DNA of 64,000 nt from an uncultured delta proteobacterium (GCA_963733195.1 CAVTCR010000056.1:128001-192000), one strand, 5' to 3'. Positions 29,490 to 41,145 are shown, numbered from the stretch's first letter. Translations and numbers: made by a program. Notes: a model not told the origin generated them from the sequence alone.

Positions 29490-30773
29490 ATGAAGCTTGT
29501 TATCCAAAACGGAACTGTGATCGATCCAGCGAATAACCTTGACGCACCTTGTGATGTATTGATCGAAGATGGTGTCGTGCGTGCAGTCGAGCAACCTGGA
29601 ACGTTTCGTAAGATCGAAGCTGAGATTCTTGATGCCAGTGGTCTCATCGTCGCCCCAGGATTTATCGATATTCATGTACATCTTCGTGAACCAGGGCAAG
29701 AGTATAAAGAAACAGTGCTGACCGGTACCCAATCTGCCGTGGCTGGCGGATTCACTGCTGTAGCCTGTATGGCGAATACCAATCCTGTCAATGATAATGG
29801 TGCAGTGACGCGCTACATTATCGAGCGAGCACGGGAAGCCAACCTAGCTCGGGTATTCCCAATCGGCGCGCTGTCGAAAGGGCTAAAAGGGGAAGAACTG
29901 GCATCGCTCGGGGAAATGGTCGATGCTGGAGCGGTGGCTATTTCTGATGACGGACGTCCGGTGATGAACGCAAATCTGATGCGGCGCGCATTGGAATACT
30001 GCTCAATGCTTAACGTACCCATCAGTGTGCATGAAGAAGATCTCCACCTTGCAGGTGGCGGTGTAATGAACGAAGGGCCAATGGCATTGCGCCTCGGATT
30101 GTGCGGAATCCCTAATGCCGCGGAAGATGTGATGATTGCGCGCGATATTACGCTTGCCCGGTTAACTGGGGGACGCGTGCATATCGCTCATCTCAGTACC
30201 CGTGGTGCAGTTGCGTTGGTCCGCCAAGCAAAAGCCGAAGGGTTGCAGGTTTCAGCTGAAGCGGCACCGCATCACTTCACACTGACCGAAGAAGCAGTGA
30301 ACGGCTACAACACTAACGCAAAAATGGCTCCACCATTACGTCTCGCAGAAGATGTCGAGGCAGTCAAAGACGGCTTGCGAGATGGAACCATCGATGCGAT
30401 TGCGACTGACCATGCACCCCATCATCGTGATGAGAAAGAGGTGGAGTTTGATCAAGCTGCCAACGGCATAGTGGGATTGGAAACGGCATTGCCGCTCACC
30501 ATGAAATTAGTGGACACCGGCGTCCTCTCCTTATCGGAAGCAGTACGGAAGCTCACCATCAATCCAACACGGATTTTCAACTTACCATATGGAACTCTCA
30601 CTGTTGGTGCTTCTGCGGACGTGGTGATTTTTGACCCGGCCTGTCAATGGCGAGTGGACGCTGCGAAGTTGCAATCGAAGAGCAAGAACTCTCCGTTCGA
30701 TACATGGGAACTGAAAGGGAAAGTTGTGGTAACAGTGGTTGGAGGACGCATTGTCTATGACAGCAGACAGTAG
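29490..30773 (+). CDS. pyrC: dihydroorotase (type I)
   Basis: PGFIDIHVHLREPG, AISDDG, IATDHAPH, SKSKNSPF. Confidence 0.97.
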   Translation: MKLVIQNGTVIDPANNLDAPCDVLIEDGVVRAVEQPGTFRKIEAEILDASGLIVAPGFIDIHVHLREPGQEYKETVLTGTQSAVAGGFTAVACMANTNPVNDNGAVTRYIIERAREANLARVFPIGALSKGLKGEELASLGEMVDAGAVAISDDGRPVMNANLMRRALEYCSMLNVPISVHEEDLHLAGGGVMNEGPMALRLGLCGIPNAAEDVMIARDITLARLTGGRVHIAHLSTRGAVALVRQAKAEGLQVSAEAAPHHFTLTEEAVNGYNTNAKMAPPLRLAEDVEAVKDGLRDGTIDAIATDHAPHHRDEKEVEFDQAANGIVGLETALPLTMKLVDTGVLSLSEAVRKLTINPTRIFNLPYGTLTVGASADVVIFDPACQWRVDAAKLQSKSKNSPFDTWELKGKVVVTVVGGRIVYDSRQ

Positions 30774-30866
30774 GCCATAGGCTTGAGGGCTTCCTTTTCC
30801 TCTAACCTGAAACCTCTCACCTAGAGCGATTTTAATGAGAGCTGATAGTTGACTACTGAAAACTTA
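30771..30866. repeat. 7-mer repeat hairpin remnants between pyrC and carA
   Basis: taggcca-taggctt-gagg ... cctctaa-cctgaaa-cctctca-ccta, followed by gctgata-gttgact-actgaaa. Confidence 0.6.
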
Positions 30867-30871
30867 AACTC

Positions 30872-32075
30872 ATGAAAGCTATACTCGCACTTGCAGACGG
30901 AACCGTTTTTACAGGACTCTCCTTTGGAGCTGAAGGGAGAGGTGACTGGTGAAGTGGTGTTTAACACTTCTCTCACTGGCTATCAGGAGATCCTGACAGA
31001 CCCTTCGTACAAAGGTCAGATAGTGACGATGACGTATACCGAGATCGGCAACGTCGGGGTCAATCCTGAAGATGTTGAATCGCGTCAGCCGTTTGTCGAA
31101 GGTTTCATTGTCAAAGAATACTGGGAGCGGCAAAGCAATTGGCGCGCCCAGAAGAGTCTTGGACAGTATCTGCGAGAACACAATATCGTTGGCATTCAAG
31201 GAATTGATACCCGTGCCCTTGTCCGTCACCTGCGGGATCATGGTGCTCAACAAGGGGTGATTTCGACCATTGATGATAATACGCAACGATTGATTGCCAA
31301 AGCGAAAGCTGCGCCGAGTCTTGTTGGTCGTGACTTGGTGAAAGAAGTGACGTGTGCCCAGCCATATAACTGGCACCAGGGACGGTGGGAACTTGGAAGG
31401 GGGTACAGGGAACAGGGGGTGGGGGGTAGGAATGAAGAAAGTCTAGAGTCTAGAGTCCAGAGTCCAGAGCCGGAAACCCAACTCCTGACTCCTGACCCCC
31501 AACCCCCGTTTTTCGTTGTGGCCTACGACTTCGGCATCAAATACAACATCCTCCGCAATCTGGTCGATGCGGGGTGTCGTGTTCGTGTGGTTCCTGCCCA
31601 CATGCCTGCTGCCCAGGTACTCGCGATGAAGCCGGATGGCGTTTTTCTTTCCAATGGCCCTGGTGACCCTGATGCAGTTCCTTATGCACGAGAGAATGTA
31701 GCGGCATTGGTGGGAGAAGTGCCGATGTTCGGCATTTGTCTTGGGCATCAAATCATGGGGCTGGCCTTGGGCGGACAAACATACAAGCTCAAGTTCGGAC
31801 ATCGTGGTGGGAATCATCCGGTTATGGACATGCAAACTCGTAAGGTCGAGATCACGTGTCAAAATCACGGATTTTGTGTTGATGTCGAATCGTTGCAGGG
31901 AAGGGCAGATGTGACCCACCTGAATCTCAACGATCGTACAGTCGAGGGGCTGTCTCACAAGGAGTATCCTCTATTCTCTGTGCAATACCACCCTGAGTCC
32001 TCACCTGGACCACATGATGCCAACTACTTATTCCGTCGGTTTACAGATTTAATGGTGCATTACAGAAAAAGGTAA
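30872..32075 (+). CDS. carA: carbamoyl-phosphate synthase small subunit (~400 aa); one extra G near 30935-30937; in-frame repeat insertion
   Basis: Likely true start ATG 30872 ([22 protein letters not shown]) is one base out of frame with [30 protein letters not shown] and QYHPE present. Confidence 0.95.
31399..31507. repeat. heptamer-repeat palindromic element inserted in frame in carA
   Basis: G-rich arm gggtaca-gggaaca-gggggtg-gggggta, core agtctag-agtctag-agtccag-agtccag, C-rich arm ctcctga-ctcctga-cccccaa-ccccc. Confidence 0.85.
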
Positions 32076-32092
32076 AAGGCGAGATACGCTCC

Positions 32093-35000
32093 ATGCCGAA
32101 ACGCACAGACCTCCATTCCATCCTGCTCATCGGTTCCGGGCCGATTGTCATCGGTCAAGCGTGTGAATTCGATTATTCTGGCACCCAGGCTTGTAAGGCT
32201 CTCAAAGAAGAAGGGTACCGCGTTATTCTTGTCAACTCGAACCCCGCGACGATCATGACTGATCCAGGGTTTGCTGATCGGACCTACGTTGAGCCCCTTA
32301 CTGTTGAAGTTGTGGAGAAGATCATCGCCCAAGAGCGACCGGATGCACTGCTCCCAACGATCGGAGGACAGACGGGGCTCAATCTGGCCATCGATTTAGC
32401 GGAAGCCGGAGTTCTCGACCGTTACAACGTCGAACTGATTGGTGCCAAACTCCCAGCGATCAAGAAGGCAGAAGACCGCAATCTATTCAAAGCCGCAATG
32501 GAAAAGATTGGCCTTGACCTGCCACGCAGTGGGTACGCGCGATCTTTACAAGACGCTGAACAGATTCGTCAGCAGATTGGTTTGCCGCTGATTATTCGCC
32601 CTTCACGGACATTAGGGGGAAGTGGTCAAGGCTTGGTCAACTCGATCGAAGAGTTTCGCTCACTCGTTGAGATAGGATTAGATGCTTCTCCTACCCACGA
32701 AGTACTGATTGAAGAGTCAATCGCCGGGTGGAAAGAATTTGAACTCGAAGTGATGCGTGATGGCAAGGACAACGTTGTCATTATCTGTTCGATTGAGAAC
32801 CTCGATCCCATGGGAGTCCACACCGGCGACTCTATTACCGTCGCGCCTGCGCAGACATTGACTGACAAAGAATATCAGATCATGCGGGATGCCTCGTTGC
32901 GTATCATCCGTGAGATCGGCGTTGACACCGGTGGATCGAACATTCAGTTTGCGGTTCATCCTGATACTGGTCGGTTAGTCATCATCGAAATGAACCCGCG
33001 CGTATCGCGATCCTCAGCGTTAGCAAGTAAAGCAACAGGGTTTCCGATCGCAAAGATCGCAGCCAAGCTTGCCGTGGGCTATACACTTGACGAAATTCCT
33101 AACGACATCACGCGGGAAACGCCCGCATCCTTTGAGCCGACGATCGACTATGTGGTGGTGAAAATCCCGCGCTTCACTTTCGACAAGTTTCCGCAAACCA
33201 AAGACACGCTCGGCCCGCAGATGAAATCCGTCGGCGAAGCCATGGCGATCGGCCGCACCTTCAAAGAAGCGATGCAGAAAGCGTTGCGGTCGCTTGAAAT
33301 AGGAGTGTTTGGATTTGATGAGAAAGTGCAGAAGAGTCTAGGGTCTCTGGAAGAGTTAGCGAGAATACGCGAGCGACTACAGACGCCTAATGCGGAACGT
33401 ATCTGGTATGTCGCTGATGCCTTGCGGCTAGGAATGAACGTTGACGAACTCTACCAGGTGACGAAAATCGATCCGTGGTTCTTAGAAAATATTTCACAGA
33501 TAGTGAAGTTTGAAGAGAATCTCAAAAAACACACTGCAAACTCTCAGACCTTGGACTTTCTCCGCGAAGCAAAACGCATGGGGTTTTCAGACGTTCGTTT
33601 GGCGAAGTTGCTTGGTCGTAGTGAAGCCGAAGTCCGCGCTCAGCGAGAGCAATTAGGTATCGTGCCGGTGTATAAAACGGTAGATACGTGTGCCGCTGAG
33701 TTCGTTGCGCACACCCCGTACCTCTATTCGGCCTACGAAGGCCAGGATGAGGCCAATCCCTCGAACTGCAAGAAGATCCTCATTCTCGGCGGCGGACCGA
33801 ATCGTATTGGTCAAGGCATTGAGTTCGATTATTGCTGTGTCCATGCCGCGTTTGCGCTCAAAGAAGATGGGTTCGAAACCATCATGGTCAATTGCAACCC
33901 AGAGACGGTGAGTACCGACTATGACACGTCTGACAAGCTCTACTTTGAGCCACTAACATTGGAAGATGTATTGAGTATCGTACGCATTGAGAAACCTTTC
34001 GGTGTTATTGTTCAATTCGGAGGGCAGACGCCACTCAAACTGTCTGTCCCACTTGAGAAGGAAGGGGTGCCAATTCTTGGCACGTCGCCGGAGTCGATCG
34101 ACCGTGCCGAAGATCGTGAACGTTTCAAAGAGGTCTTGAATACGCTCGGATTGCTTCAGCCTCTCAACGGTACTGCACGTAGCCCGCAAGAAGCGGAACG
34201 CATTGCCAACCAGATTGGCTATCCTGTGTTAGTTCGCCCCTCCTATGTTCTTGGAGGGCGAGCGATGCAGATTGTCTATGATGATGCCAATCTTAAACGG
34301 TATATGAACGAGGCGGTGTTGGCCTCGCCTGAACATCCGGTGCTGGTCGATAAGTTCCTCGACGATGCGACCGAGGTGGATGTTGATGCGGTGAGTGATG
34401 GGCATGATGTCGTCATTGGTGGCATCATGGAACACATCGAACTCGCTGGCGTACACTCTGGTGATAGTGCGTGTTCGTTACCCCCGCGTTCGATTTCACA
34501 AAAAGTTCAGGATGATATTCGACGGCAAACGATCAGTCTGGCGAAAGAGTTACAAGTCGTAGGACTCATGAACGTCCAGTATGCCGTCAAAGAAGAGACC
34601 GTCTATGTACTGGAGGTAAACCCACGTGCCTCTCGAACCGTACCGTTTGTGAGTAAGGCGATCGGGCAACCCCTAGCCAAGATCGCCGCACGTGTGATGG
34701 CTGGAAAGACGCTCCGGGAACTCGGCTTTACCCGTGAAATCGTTCCATCTCACATCAGCGTCAAAGAAGCAGTATTCCCGTTCATCAAATTTCCTGGAGT
34801 AGACACCATTCTTGGGCCAGAGATGAAATCAACCGGTGAGGTGATGGGCATCGATAATTCTTTTGCCATGGCATTTGCCAAGGCTCAGATCGCGGGTGGT
34901 ACTCTCCTACCGGTGCAGGGGAAAGCCTTTCTCAGCGTACGTGATCACGACAAAGAAGCTACCCTCGCCATTGCTCGCCGGTTGATCGAAAGCGGGTTTT

Positions 35001-35320
35001 CGTTGATGGCAACTCGTGGAACGTCTGCCTATCTTCGTGATGCGGGAATTGTGGTCGAAACGGTGAACAAGGTACTGGAAGGTTCGCCGCATATCGTTGA
35101 TGCGATTCGTGCTGGTGAGATTGCTATCGTCATGAACACGGTAGAGGGTGCGCAGTCTGTTGCAGACTCGTTCTCGATCCGACGTAGCGCTCTTGAATGT
35201 CGGGTGCCGTACTTTACGACTATTGCCGGTGCTGGTGCTGCGGCTGAAGGAATTGCCAGGTTACGGATGGGCCTGCTTGGGGTGCGACCGCTGCAGGAGT
35301 ATCATCTCAAGACTGAGTAA
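32093..35320 (+). CDS. carB: carbamoyl-phosphate synthase large subunit
   Basis: [43 protein letters not shown], second ATP-grasp and MGS domain. Confidence 0.98.
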   Translation: MPKRTDLHSILLIGSGPIVIGQACEFDYSGTQACKALKEEGYRVILVNSNPATIMTDPGFADRTYVEPLTVEVVEKIIAQERPDALLPTIGGQTGLNLAIDLAEAGVLDRYNVELIGAKLPAIKKAEDRNLFKAAMEKIGLDLPRSGYARSLQDAEQIRQQIGLPLIIRPSRTLGGSGQGLVNSIEEFRSLVEIGLDASPTHEVLIEESIAGWKEFELEVMRDGKDNVVIICSIENLDPMGVHTGDSITVAPAQTLTDKEYQIMRDASLRIIREIGVDTGGSNIQFAVHPDTGRLVIIEMNPRVSRSSALASKATGFPIAKIAAKLAVGYTLDEIPNDITRETPASFEPTIDYVVVKIPRFTFDKFPQTKDTLGPQMKSVGEAMAIGRTFKEAMQKALRSLEIGVFGFDEKVQKSLGSLEELARIRERLQTPNAERIWYVADALRLGMNVDELYQVTKIDPWFLENISQIVKFEENLKKHTANSQTLDFLREAKRMGFSDVRLAKLLGRSEAEVRAQREQLGIVPVYKTVDTCAAEFVAHTPYLYSAYEGQDEANPSNCKKILILGGGPNRIGQGIEFDYCCVHAAFALKEDGFETIMVNCNPETVSTDYDTSDKLYFEPLTLEDVLSIVRIEKPFGVIVQFGGQTPLKLSVPLEKEGVPILGTSPESIDRAEDRERFKEVLNTLGLLQPLNGTARSPQEAERIANQIGYPVLVRPSYVLGGRAMQIVYDDANLKRYMNEAVLASPEHPVLVDKFLDDATEVDVDAVSDGHDVVIGGIMEHIELAGVHSGDSACSLPPRSISQKVQDDIRRQTISLAKELQVVGLMNVQYAVKEETVYVLEVNPRASRTVPFVSKAIGQPLAKIAARVMAGKTLRELGFTREIVPSHISVKEAVFPFIKFPGVDTILGPEMKSTGEVMGIDNSFAMAFAKAQIAGGTLLPVQGKAFLSVRDHDKEATLAIARRLIESGFSLMATRGTSAYLRDAGIVVETVNKVLEGSPHIVDAIRAGEIAIVMNTVEGAQSVADSFSIRRSALECRVPYFTTIAGAGAAAEGIARLRMGLLGVRPLQEYHLKTE

Positions 35321-35379
35321 CGAGGACTGAGTGATGAGTGACAAAAAAACAATCGGTTCCTCTTCAGTCTTCAGTCCTC
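35310..35379. repeat. GGACTGAG-type heptamer hairpin overlapping the carB stop
   Basis: agactgagtaacgaggactgagtgatgagtg ... cttcagtcttcagtcctc. Confidence 0.75.
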
Positions 35380-35388
35380 TTTACTGCT

Positions 35389-37545
35389 ATGAGTGAGCAC
35401 TATCCCACGTCACCGGTAGAAGAAGGTTCCCTTCGCTCGGTATCTACCCGGGCCTTCTTGCCGCCACTAAAAAAACCTGTCCAGTTTGTGAAGGGCGTTG
35501 GGCCGAAACGCGCCGAACAACTTGAACGTCTCGGTATTCGCACGGTCGAGGATCTGCTCTATCACATTCCGTTTCGCTACCAAGATCGACGTGAGATTCA
35601 AAAGATTCGCGATCTACGAACTGGCGAAGAATGCGCCACTGTTGGGCAACTCGTGCGGATGGGACGACGGTTCGTCGCCCGCAGCAAACGGTGGGTACTG
35701 GAAGCGGTCGTGCGCGATGAAACCGGTTTTCTCTTTCTTCTCTGGTATTATCAGCACCGTTATTTTCAGCAGAAGTATCAGATCGGTACGCAAGTGCTTC
35801 TGTACGGCAAGGTCGAAATGGGCATGAAGGGTGGCAAGTGGATGATCCACCCGGACATGGAACTGCTGGAAGAGGACGACGAAACCGCACGCATCCTACC
35901 TATCTACAACAAGACCACAGAAATGACGGTCGGTGCTATGCGTCGCTTGGTCCATGGCGCAGTTGCGACGCATATCGATTTCATTCCTGATTCGCTCCCC
36001 CAGGAAATGAAAACGCGTCTTCATCTCATGAAGTTGAACGATGCATTGCGTGAATTGCATATGCCACCAGTTGATGCCGACGTTACGGCCCTCAATACTG
36101 CGGCGTCGCCAGCTCATCGTACGGTTGTGTTCGATGAGCTGTTCTATCTACAACTCGGAATGTCGCTACGGCGGCGGCACATGGTGAAAGAAGATGGGCT
36201 CTCGATCGTTCCTGGACCCTTGGTCATGCGGGTTCACGACGTGTTACCTTTTCGCTTAACCAACGCACAGCAACGCGTGCTAGAAGTAATCTTTCACGAT
36301 ATGGCTGCGCCGCATCCTATGAATCGCCTTGTTCAGGGAGATGTCGGTTCGGGAAAGACTATCGTCGCTTTTTGTGCTGCGTTAGCTGCACTGGATAGCG
36401 GATACCAAGTTGCTTTCATGGCTCCGACTGAATTACTTGCCGAGCAGCATTTCCGTACCCTTGCGGTTTTGGCAAAGCAGCTTGAAGTGTCGATCACCTT
36501 GCTTACTGGGGACACTAAGCCTAAGCAGAAGCAAGAGATTTACGGTCTGATTGAGCAGGGAAAAGTCGAAATTGTCGTCGGCACGCATGCGCTCATCCAA
36601 GAGGGACTGCGTTTCCATCGGTTAGGGTTGGCGATTGTCGATGAACAGCACCGCTTCGGAGTGATGCAACGTGCGACCCTGAAGAAGATGGGTACCAATC
36701 CCGACATGTTGCTGATGACCGCGACGCCAATTCCTCGCACGCTGGCATTAACGATCTATGGGGATCTCGACGTCTCTGCGATTGATGAACTTCCGCCTGG
36801 ACGCAAGCCGGTTACAACTCGTGTATTTCATGAAGGCGAGCGGGAAAAAGCGTATCGTGCAGTGAAAGAGCAGCTTGACAAAGGACATCAAGCTTACATC
36901 GTCTATCCCTTAGTGGAAGAATCCGAAAAGTCAGACCTCAAAGCCGCGACAACGATGGCCGAGCAACTATCGCGTACAGTCTTTGCCGGGTATTCGATCG
37001 GGCTCGTGCACGGGCGAATGAAAAGTGACGAGAAAGATGCGGTAATGACCCGCTTCAAGAAAGGCGAGCATCACATTCTTGTCTCAACGACAGTGATTGA
37101 GGTTGGCATCGACGTACCGAACTCAACAGTGATTCTTATCGAACACGCCGAGCGCTTTGGGCTGGCGCAGTTGCATCAGTTACGTGGTCGGGTAGGGCGT
37201 GGACAGGTTGCATCGTTCTGTTTTCTCTTGGCGCAGTACACTCCTGCCGACGAGTCGATCCGCCGCCTGCGAGTGATGGTTGATACGAACGACGGCTTTA
37301 AGATTGCCGAAGCTGACCTCAATTTTCGTGGACCAGGCGAATTTCTCGGAACTCGCCAATCCGGCATGCCGGATTTCCGTGTCGCCAATATCGTGCGTGA
37401 CAGCCGCATTCTCGAATTGGCACGTGACGAAGCTGAGGCTTGGTTGGCAAAAGATCCTGAGTTGACCGCGCCAGCATCGCGCCGGGTCCGTGCTATTCTT
37501 GAAGATCGCTGGGCTGGGCGGCTGGAGTTAGCGCGCGTTGGGTAG
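35389..37545 (+). CDS. recG: ATP-dependent DNA helicase RecG
   Basis: KGVGPKR, MNRLVQGDVGSGKT, APTELLAEQH, DEQHRFG, QLHQLRGRVGRG, RGPGEFLGTRQSG. Start placed at ATG 35389. Confidence 0.97.
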   Translation: MSEHYPTSPVEEGSLRSVSTRAFLPPLKKPVQFVKGVGPKRAEQLERLGIRTVEDLLYHIPFRYQDRREIQKIRDLRTGEECATVGQLVRMGRRFVARSKRWVLEAVVRDETGFLFLLWYYQHRYFQQKYQIGTQVLLYGKVEMGMKGGKWMIHPDMELLEEDDETARILPIYNKTTEMTVGAMRRLVHGAVATHIDFIPDSLPQEMKTRLHLMKLNDALRELHMPPVDADVTALNTAASPAHRTVVFDELFYLQLGMSLRRRHMVKEDGLSIVPGPLVMRVHDVLPFRLTNAQQRVLEVIFHDMAAPHPMNRLVQGDVGSGKTIVAFCAALAALDSGYQVAFMAPTELLAEQHFRTLAVLAKQLEVSITLLTGDTKPKQKQEIYGLIEQGKVEIVVGTHALIQEGLRFHRLGLAIVDEQHRFGVMQRATLKKMGTNPDMLLMTATPIPRTLALTIYGDLDVSAIDELPPGRKPVTTRVFHEGEREKAYRAVKEQLDKGHQAYIVYPLVEESEKSDLKAATTMAEQLSRTVFAGYSIGLVHGRMKSDEKDAVMTRFKKGEHHILVSTTVIEVGIDVPNSTVILIEHAERFGLAQLHQLRGRVGRGQVASFCFLLAQYTPADESIRRLRVMVDTNDGFKIAEADLNFRGPGEFLGTRQSGMPDFRVANIVRDSRILELARDEAEAWLAKDPELTAPASRRVRAILEDRWAGRLELARVG

Positions 37546-37597
37546 TTGCTTATATTTATACTTTTCGTATTGAAATGTTATGCCAAACCGTGCCTGC

Positions 37598-37745
37598 TGA
37601 GCCCTTCGACAAGCTCACCTGTGCCTGCAGCACTGGCGCAGGCAGGACAGGCTACACCTGGAGGGTGAAGGAAGCCTGAGTAACCCTGTCCCAGCTTCAT
37701 CCTTCGACTCCGCTGCGCGTAGTTCATCCTGAGCTTTGTTGAAAA
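37598..37745. repeat. composite REP-like palindromic element (CCCTTCGACAAGCTCA..GGACAGGCT core with a nested CCTG..CAGG hairpin)
   Basis: Related cores recur near 51436 and 63513; flanked by cttcgactccgct and cctgagctttgttgaa arms. Confidence 0.7.
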
Positions 37746-37792
37746 GATCGAGACGAGCAGGAAAGTTTCCAGGAATAGAGACGAAGGGGATA

Positions 37793-38809
37793 ATGAAACT
37801 CGACACTATTCTTACAGTCAATTCATTCAAAGATGTCGCCCAACTTGCCCGAACAGTTGAAGACATGGGTTTTGATGCTCTATGGAGCCTGGAGAACCGT
37901 CACGAGCCGTTTATGCCGTTGGCAGTTGCCGCAAGTACGACCGAGAAACTCAATCTTGGAACATCAATTGCCCTGGCGTTTGTTCGCAGTCCGATGAATC
38001 TGGCGTATACGGCCTGGGATCTCCAAGCAGGGTCGAACGGACGTTTTATCTTAGGCTTGGGGACTCAAGTAAAAGGTCACAACGAACGTCGCTATAGTGT
38101 GAAGTGGGAGTCACCCGGACCGAAGCTGCGTGAGTTGATCCGTGCCCTGCGAACGATCTGGGATTGCTGGCAGAATGGCAGCAAGCTGGATTTCACTGGA
38201 CAGTTCTACTCCTTTACGTTAATGCCGCCAGCGTTCAGCCCCGGCAAAATCGCCCAGCCGCATGTGCCGATTTACGTTGCCGGAGTCAATCCGTACATGT
38301 GTCGCTTGGCTGGTGAGCTTGGCGACGGCTTTCATGTGCATCCGTTTCATTCGACTAAGTATCTGCGTGATACAGTCCTGCCGCAGATCGAAGAAGGTGC
38401 GCGGAAAGCAGGGCGAAGCCGTAAAGACGTTGTGATGACCAGTTCCGTGTTTGCCATCATGGGCGACAGCAAGAAAGAGATCGAAGAAGCTCGTGAAGAA
38501 GCCCGTCGCCAGATTGCTTTTTATGCCTCAACTCGAACGTATAAGCCGGTGCTTGATGCTCATGGCTGGGGAGATGTCTGTCTCCGACTGCATGAGAAAA
38601 CAGTGAAAGGTGATTGGGCTGGCATGGCTCAAGAGATCAGTGATGAAATGATGGCAGAATATACGATCACCGGCTCGCCACAAGAAATGCCTGGGCTTAT
38701 CAAGGGACGTTATAACGGATTGTTAGACCGGGTTGCGTTCTATTACCCCTATCAACCCGGTCAAGACGAAAAACGTTGGCGGAAGATTGTGGAAGCATTT
38801 AAGTCTTGA
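37793..38809 (+). CDS. luciferase-like monooxygenase (LLM), probable F420-dependent oxidoreductase
   Basis: ENRHEPF, LGTSIALAFVRSP, GRFILGLGTQVKGHNERRY, GELGDGFHVHPFHS, IAFYASTRTY. Confidence 0.9.
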   Translation: MKLDTILTVNSFKDVAQLARTVEDMGFDALWSLENRHEPFMPLAVAASTTEKLNLGTSIALAFVRSPMNLAYTAWDLQAGSNGRFILGLGTQVKGHNERRYSVKWESPGPKLRELIRALRTIWDCWQNGSKLDFTGQFYSFTLMPPAFSPGKIAQPHVPIYVAGVNPYMCRLAGELGDGFHVHPFHSTKYLRDTVLPQIEEGARKAGRSRKDVVMTSSVFAIMGDSKKEIEEAREEARRQIAFYASTRTYKPVLDAHGWGDVCLRLHEKTVKGDWAGMAQEISDEMMAEYTITGSPQEMPGLIKGRYNGLLDRVAFYYPYQPGQDEKRWRKIVEAFKS

Positions 38810-38817
38810 GGTATTTT

Positions 38818-38848
38818 CCTCTCCCTCTGGGAGAGGGCTAGGGTGAGG
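38818..38848. repeat. REP-like palindrome CCTCTCCC-tct-GGGAGAGGG-CTAGGGTGAGG between convergent genes
   Basis: Perfect stem; related inverted copy at 54181-54219. Confidence 0.75.
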
Positions 38849-38854
38849 AGAAAG

Positions 38855-39977
38855 CTACGTCTTCAAAACCTCGTCAGTATGCTCCCCGAGTTGTGGTGCA
38901 CGTTGAGTAAATGCTGCACGCTTACCGTCAAGCGACAATGGTAAGCTGTGCCAAGGCGATGTCCAGTCCTGGCTGTTGCCGAAACATTTCCAGTGCTTCA
39001 GTCTGCGGTTGGGCGAGCACTTCCGGGATGGTCAGAATCGGCGCGCACGGGACGCCCGCTGCTTCGAGCGTGTCCATCCAGTATTCTTTGGTCTTTTCAT
39101 GGAGAATTGCGCGGATCTCTGTCAACAAATACTCCCTGTGAGCTAAGCGATCCGCATTGGTACGAAATCGTGAATCAGTTGCCCACTCGCTCCGACCTAG
39201 TGCATGTGCGAGTTTCACAAACAGTCGGTCGTTAGCGACACCGACGATCAGCGGTCCGTTTTTCGTCTCGAACGCGCCAAACGCGACTTGTCGCGGACTA
39301 CCGGTAGCATGGCGTTCTGGAACTTTGCCGGTTACTGCATACTGTGCATACGAGTTACTAATCCAGAACAATGCAGTCTCAAAGAGTGAAGTTTCCACTA
39401 CACAACCCCGCCCGGTTCGATCACGTTGTCGGAGGGCGGCGAGTGCAGCAATCGTAGTCCACATGCCTGTACCAATATCGACGACCGGTGCCCCCATGCG
39501 TAATGGTGGACCTCCTTCTTCCCCAGTCATGCTCATCGGACCAGCGAACGCTTGCAGGAGAATCTCATATCCAGGTTTCAATTGCAGCGGACCCGTGTGG
39601 CCAAATGCGGCGATCGAGCAGTAGATCAGACGCGGATTCATTTCGAAAAGGACAGATGGACCAAGTCCGACCTCTTCGGCATTACCAGGACGGAGATTCT
39701 GAATAAAAATGTCACTCTCGGCGATCAGGGAGTACAGTTGCTCCATGTCTGTGGGTTTCTTGAAGTCAATAGTGACAGAGCGTTTGTTCCGATTCACCAG
39801 ATGAAACGTCGGCGAAGCACCTTCAATGAATGGTGGACCCCAGCCGCGAGCATCATCGCCACCTTCTGGGCGTTCGATCTTGATGACATCTGCACCGAGA
39901 CCAGCGAGAATCTCTCCAACGATAGGACCCGCCAAGTTCAGACCGACCTCGATGACCTTGATTCCCGATAGCGGCAT
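38855..39977 (-). CDS. CaiB/BaiF family CoA transferase III (~373 aa); frameshift near 38945
   Basis: PLSGIKVIE, GADVIKIERPEGGDDAR, NRNKRSV, QNLRPG. Expected C-terminus LPLSLDGK..RAPQLGEHTDEVL lies in the shifted frame ending at 38855. Confidence 0.92.
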
Positions 39978-40030
39978 TTATTCCTCCTGTGCCTACATTT
40001 TATGGTATGTCTCTCGTACAATAGGGAGTT

Positions 40031-40369
40031 ATGGAACATTCAACAACTCAAGTGATCAAACAGATGCTTGTTGGGATAACGGGACTCTCTAAAGATGCTC
40101 TGCATGTCCATGTCGGGCTTGCGACCATGTTCGCTACCGCGATGGTTTTTCGTAAGGCGCTTCGCTCTCTCTGGCCTTGGCTTGCGGTGTTTGCTGCGGC
40201 CCTGTGCGGGGAGATGCTCGATATGTATGACGACCTTGTTTCCTCAGGATACTGGCAGTGGGAAATGAGTGTTCACGACATCGCCAACACACTTTTCTGG
40301 CCTACGGTGTTGATGTTACTCGCCCGCGCCGGATTTTGGGCGCGAGTGACGCGAGGTCATGGTGCTTGA
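40031..40369 (+). CDS. small hypothetical membrane protein
   Basis: GGGAG RBS; three hydrophobic segments; KDALHVHVGL..E..D..DIANTLFWP pattern. Confidence 0.75.
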   Translation: MEHSTTQVIKQMLVGITGLSKDALHVHVGLATMFATAMVFRKALRSLWPWLAVFAAALCGEMLDMYDDLVSSGYWQWEMSVHDIANTLFWPTVLMLLARAGFWARVTRGHGA

Positions 40370-40425
40370 CTGTACCGGGAGGGTAGCGGGTAGCGAAGTC
40401 TCGGTGGCGATAAAAGTCCCTCTCT

Positions 40426-41130
40426 TTATTCCCTCAGGAGCCATTCCCGCTGTAATCGATTCGGAGCCAACCCCATTCGTGATTGACGTTCGGGAATGAT
40501 CACAAAGCGCGATGACCGAACGATCCCCAACTCTGAGATCCTTCGATAATTGTCGGATTCCTGCCAATGACTACAATTTGTGGTACTGCGCCAATACGTC
40601 AACAAAACATACTGCACCGGGGCGTGTTGAGGAGCGATGCCGACTGGTCCCCCAAAGAGGTAGGGGGTGGGAATTCGCTCGCCGATGACGGTTTCATAGG
40701 GGACGAGTGGAAACTCTGAGACCTGTGGGAGTGTTACATCGGCCCAATGTTGCTCGTTCGTTGAAAGTGGGGAGTCACGAAGGATGAATGTCTCGCAGAG
40801 GATTCTTCCCTCCGCACTTGCTGCCAGTCCAAGCAGGCGACCTTTCCGAAGGTAATACCCAGTCCACCAGACGTTACGTGCTTGATCCTGGACGTCGATA
40901 TGGGCACGATTCAATTGCCATCGTTCCATATTTTCTAGAGTGTCGAACTTGGCAGTAAAGAACCACCACGGACTGCCTGAAATCGGTCCCCCGTAGGTCT
41001 CACAAAAACCTGGCTGTGACATCGCAAGCGGCATAAACTCTTCGTGACGCTTGTGGTATGCCTCGATTTGTTCTGGTCGTGGACGAAAGCCGCCGTCCAG
41101 AATATGAAGGGTAGGTTGCTGTTCAGGCAT
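40426..41130 (-). CDS. antibiotic biosynthesis monooxygenase (ABM)-like dimeric alpha-beta barrel protein, apparently two domains
   Basis: LAMSQPGF, FDTLENMERWQLNRAHIDVQDQAR..WW..Y; second YVLLTYWRS..HWQESDNY unit. Confidence 0.7.
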   Translation of the reverse strand: MPEQQPTLHILDGGFRPRPEQIEAYHKRHEEFMPLAMSQPGFCETYGGPISGSPWWFFTAKFDTLENMERWQLNRAHIDVQDQARNVWWTGYYLRKGRLLGLAASAEGRILCETFILRDSPLSTNEQHWADVTLPQVSEFPLVPYETVIGERIPTPYLFGGPVGIAPQHAPVQYVLLTYWRSTTNCSHWQESDNYRRISELGIVRSSRFVIIPERQSRMGLAPNRLQREWLLRE

Positions 41131-41145
41131 GGGTGCTGTTCCTGT

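Noticed and set aside
30930-30945. Programmed frameshift regulating carA
   Set aside because: No slippery heptamer or stimulatory structure; similar indels occur in unrelated genes, so error is more parsimonious.
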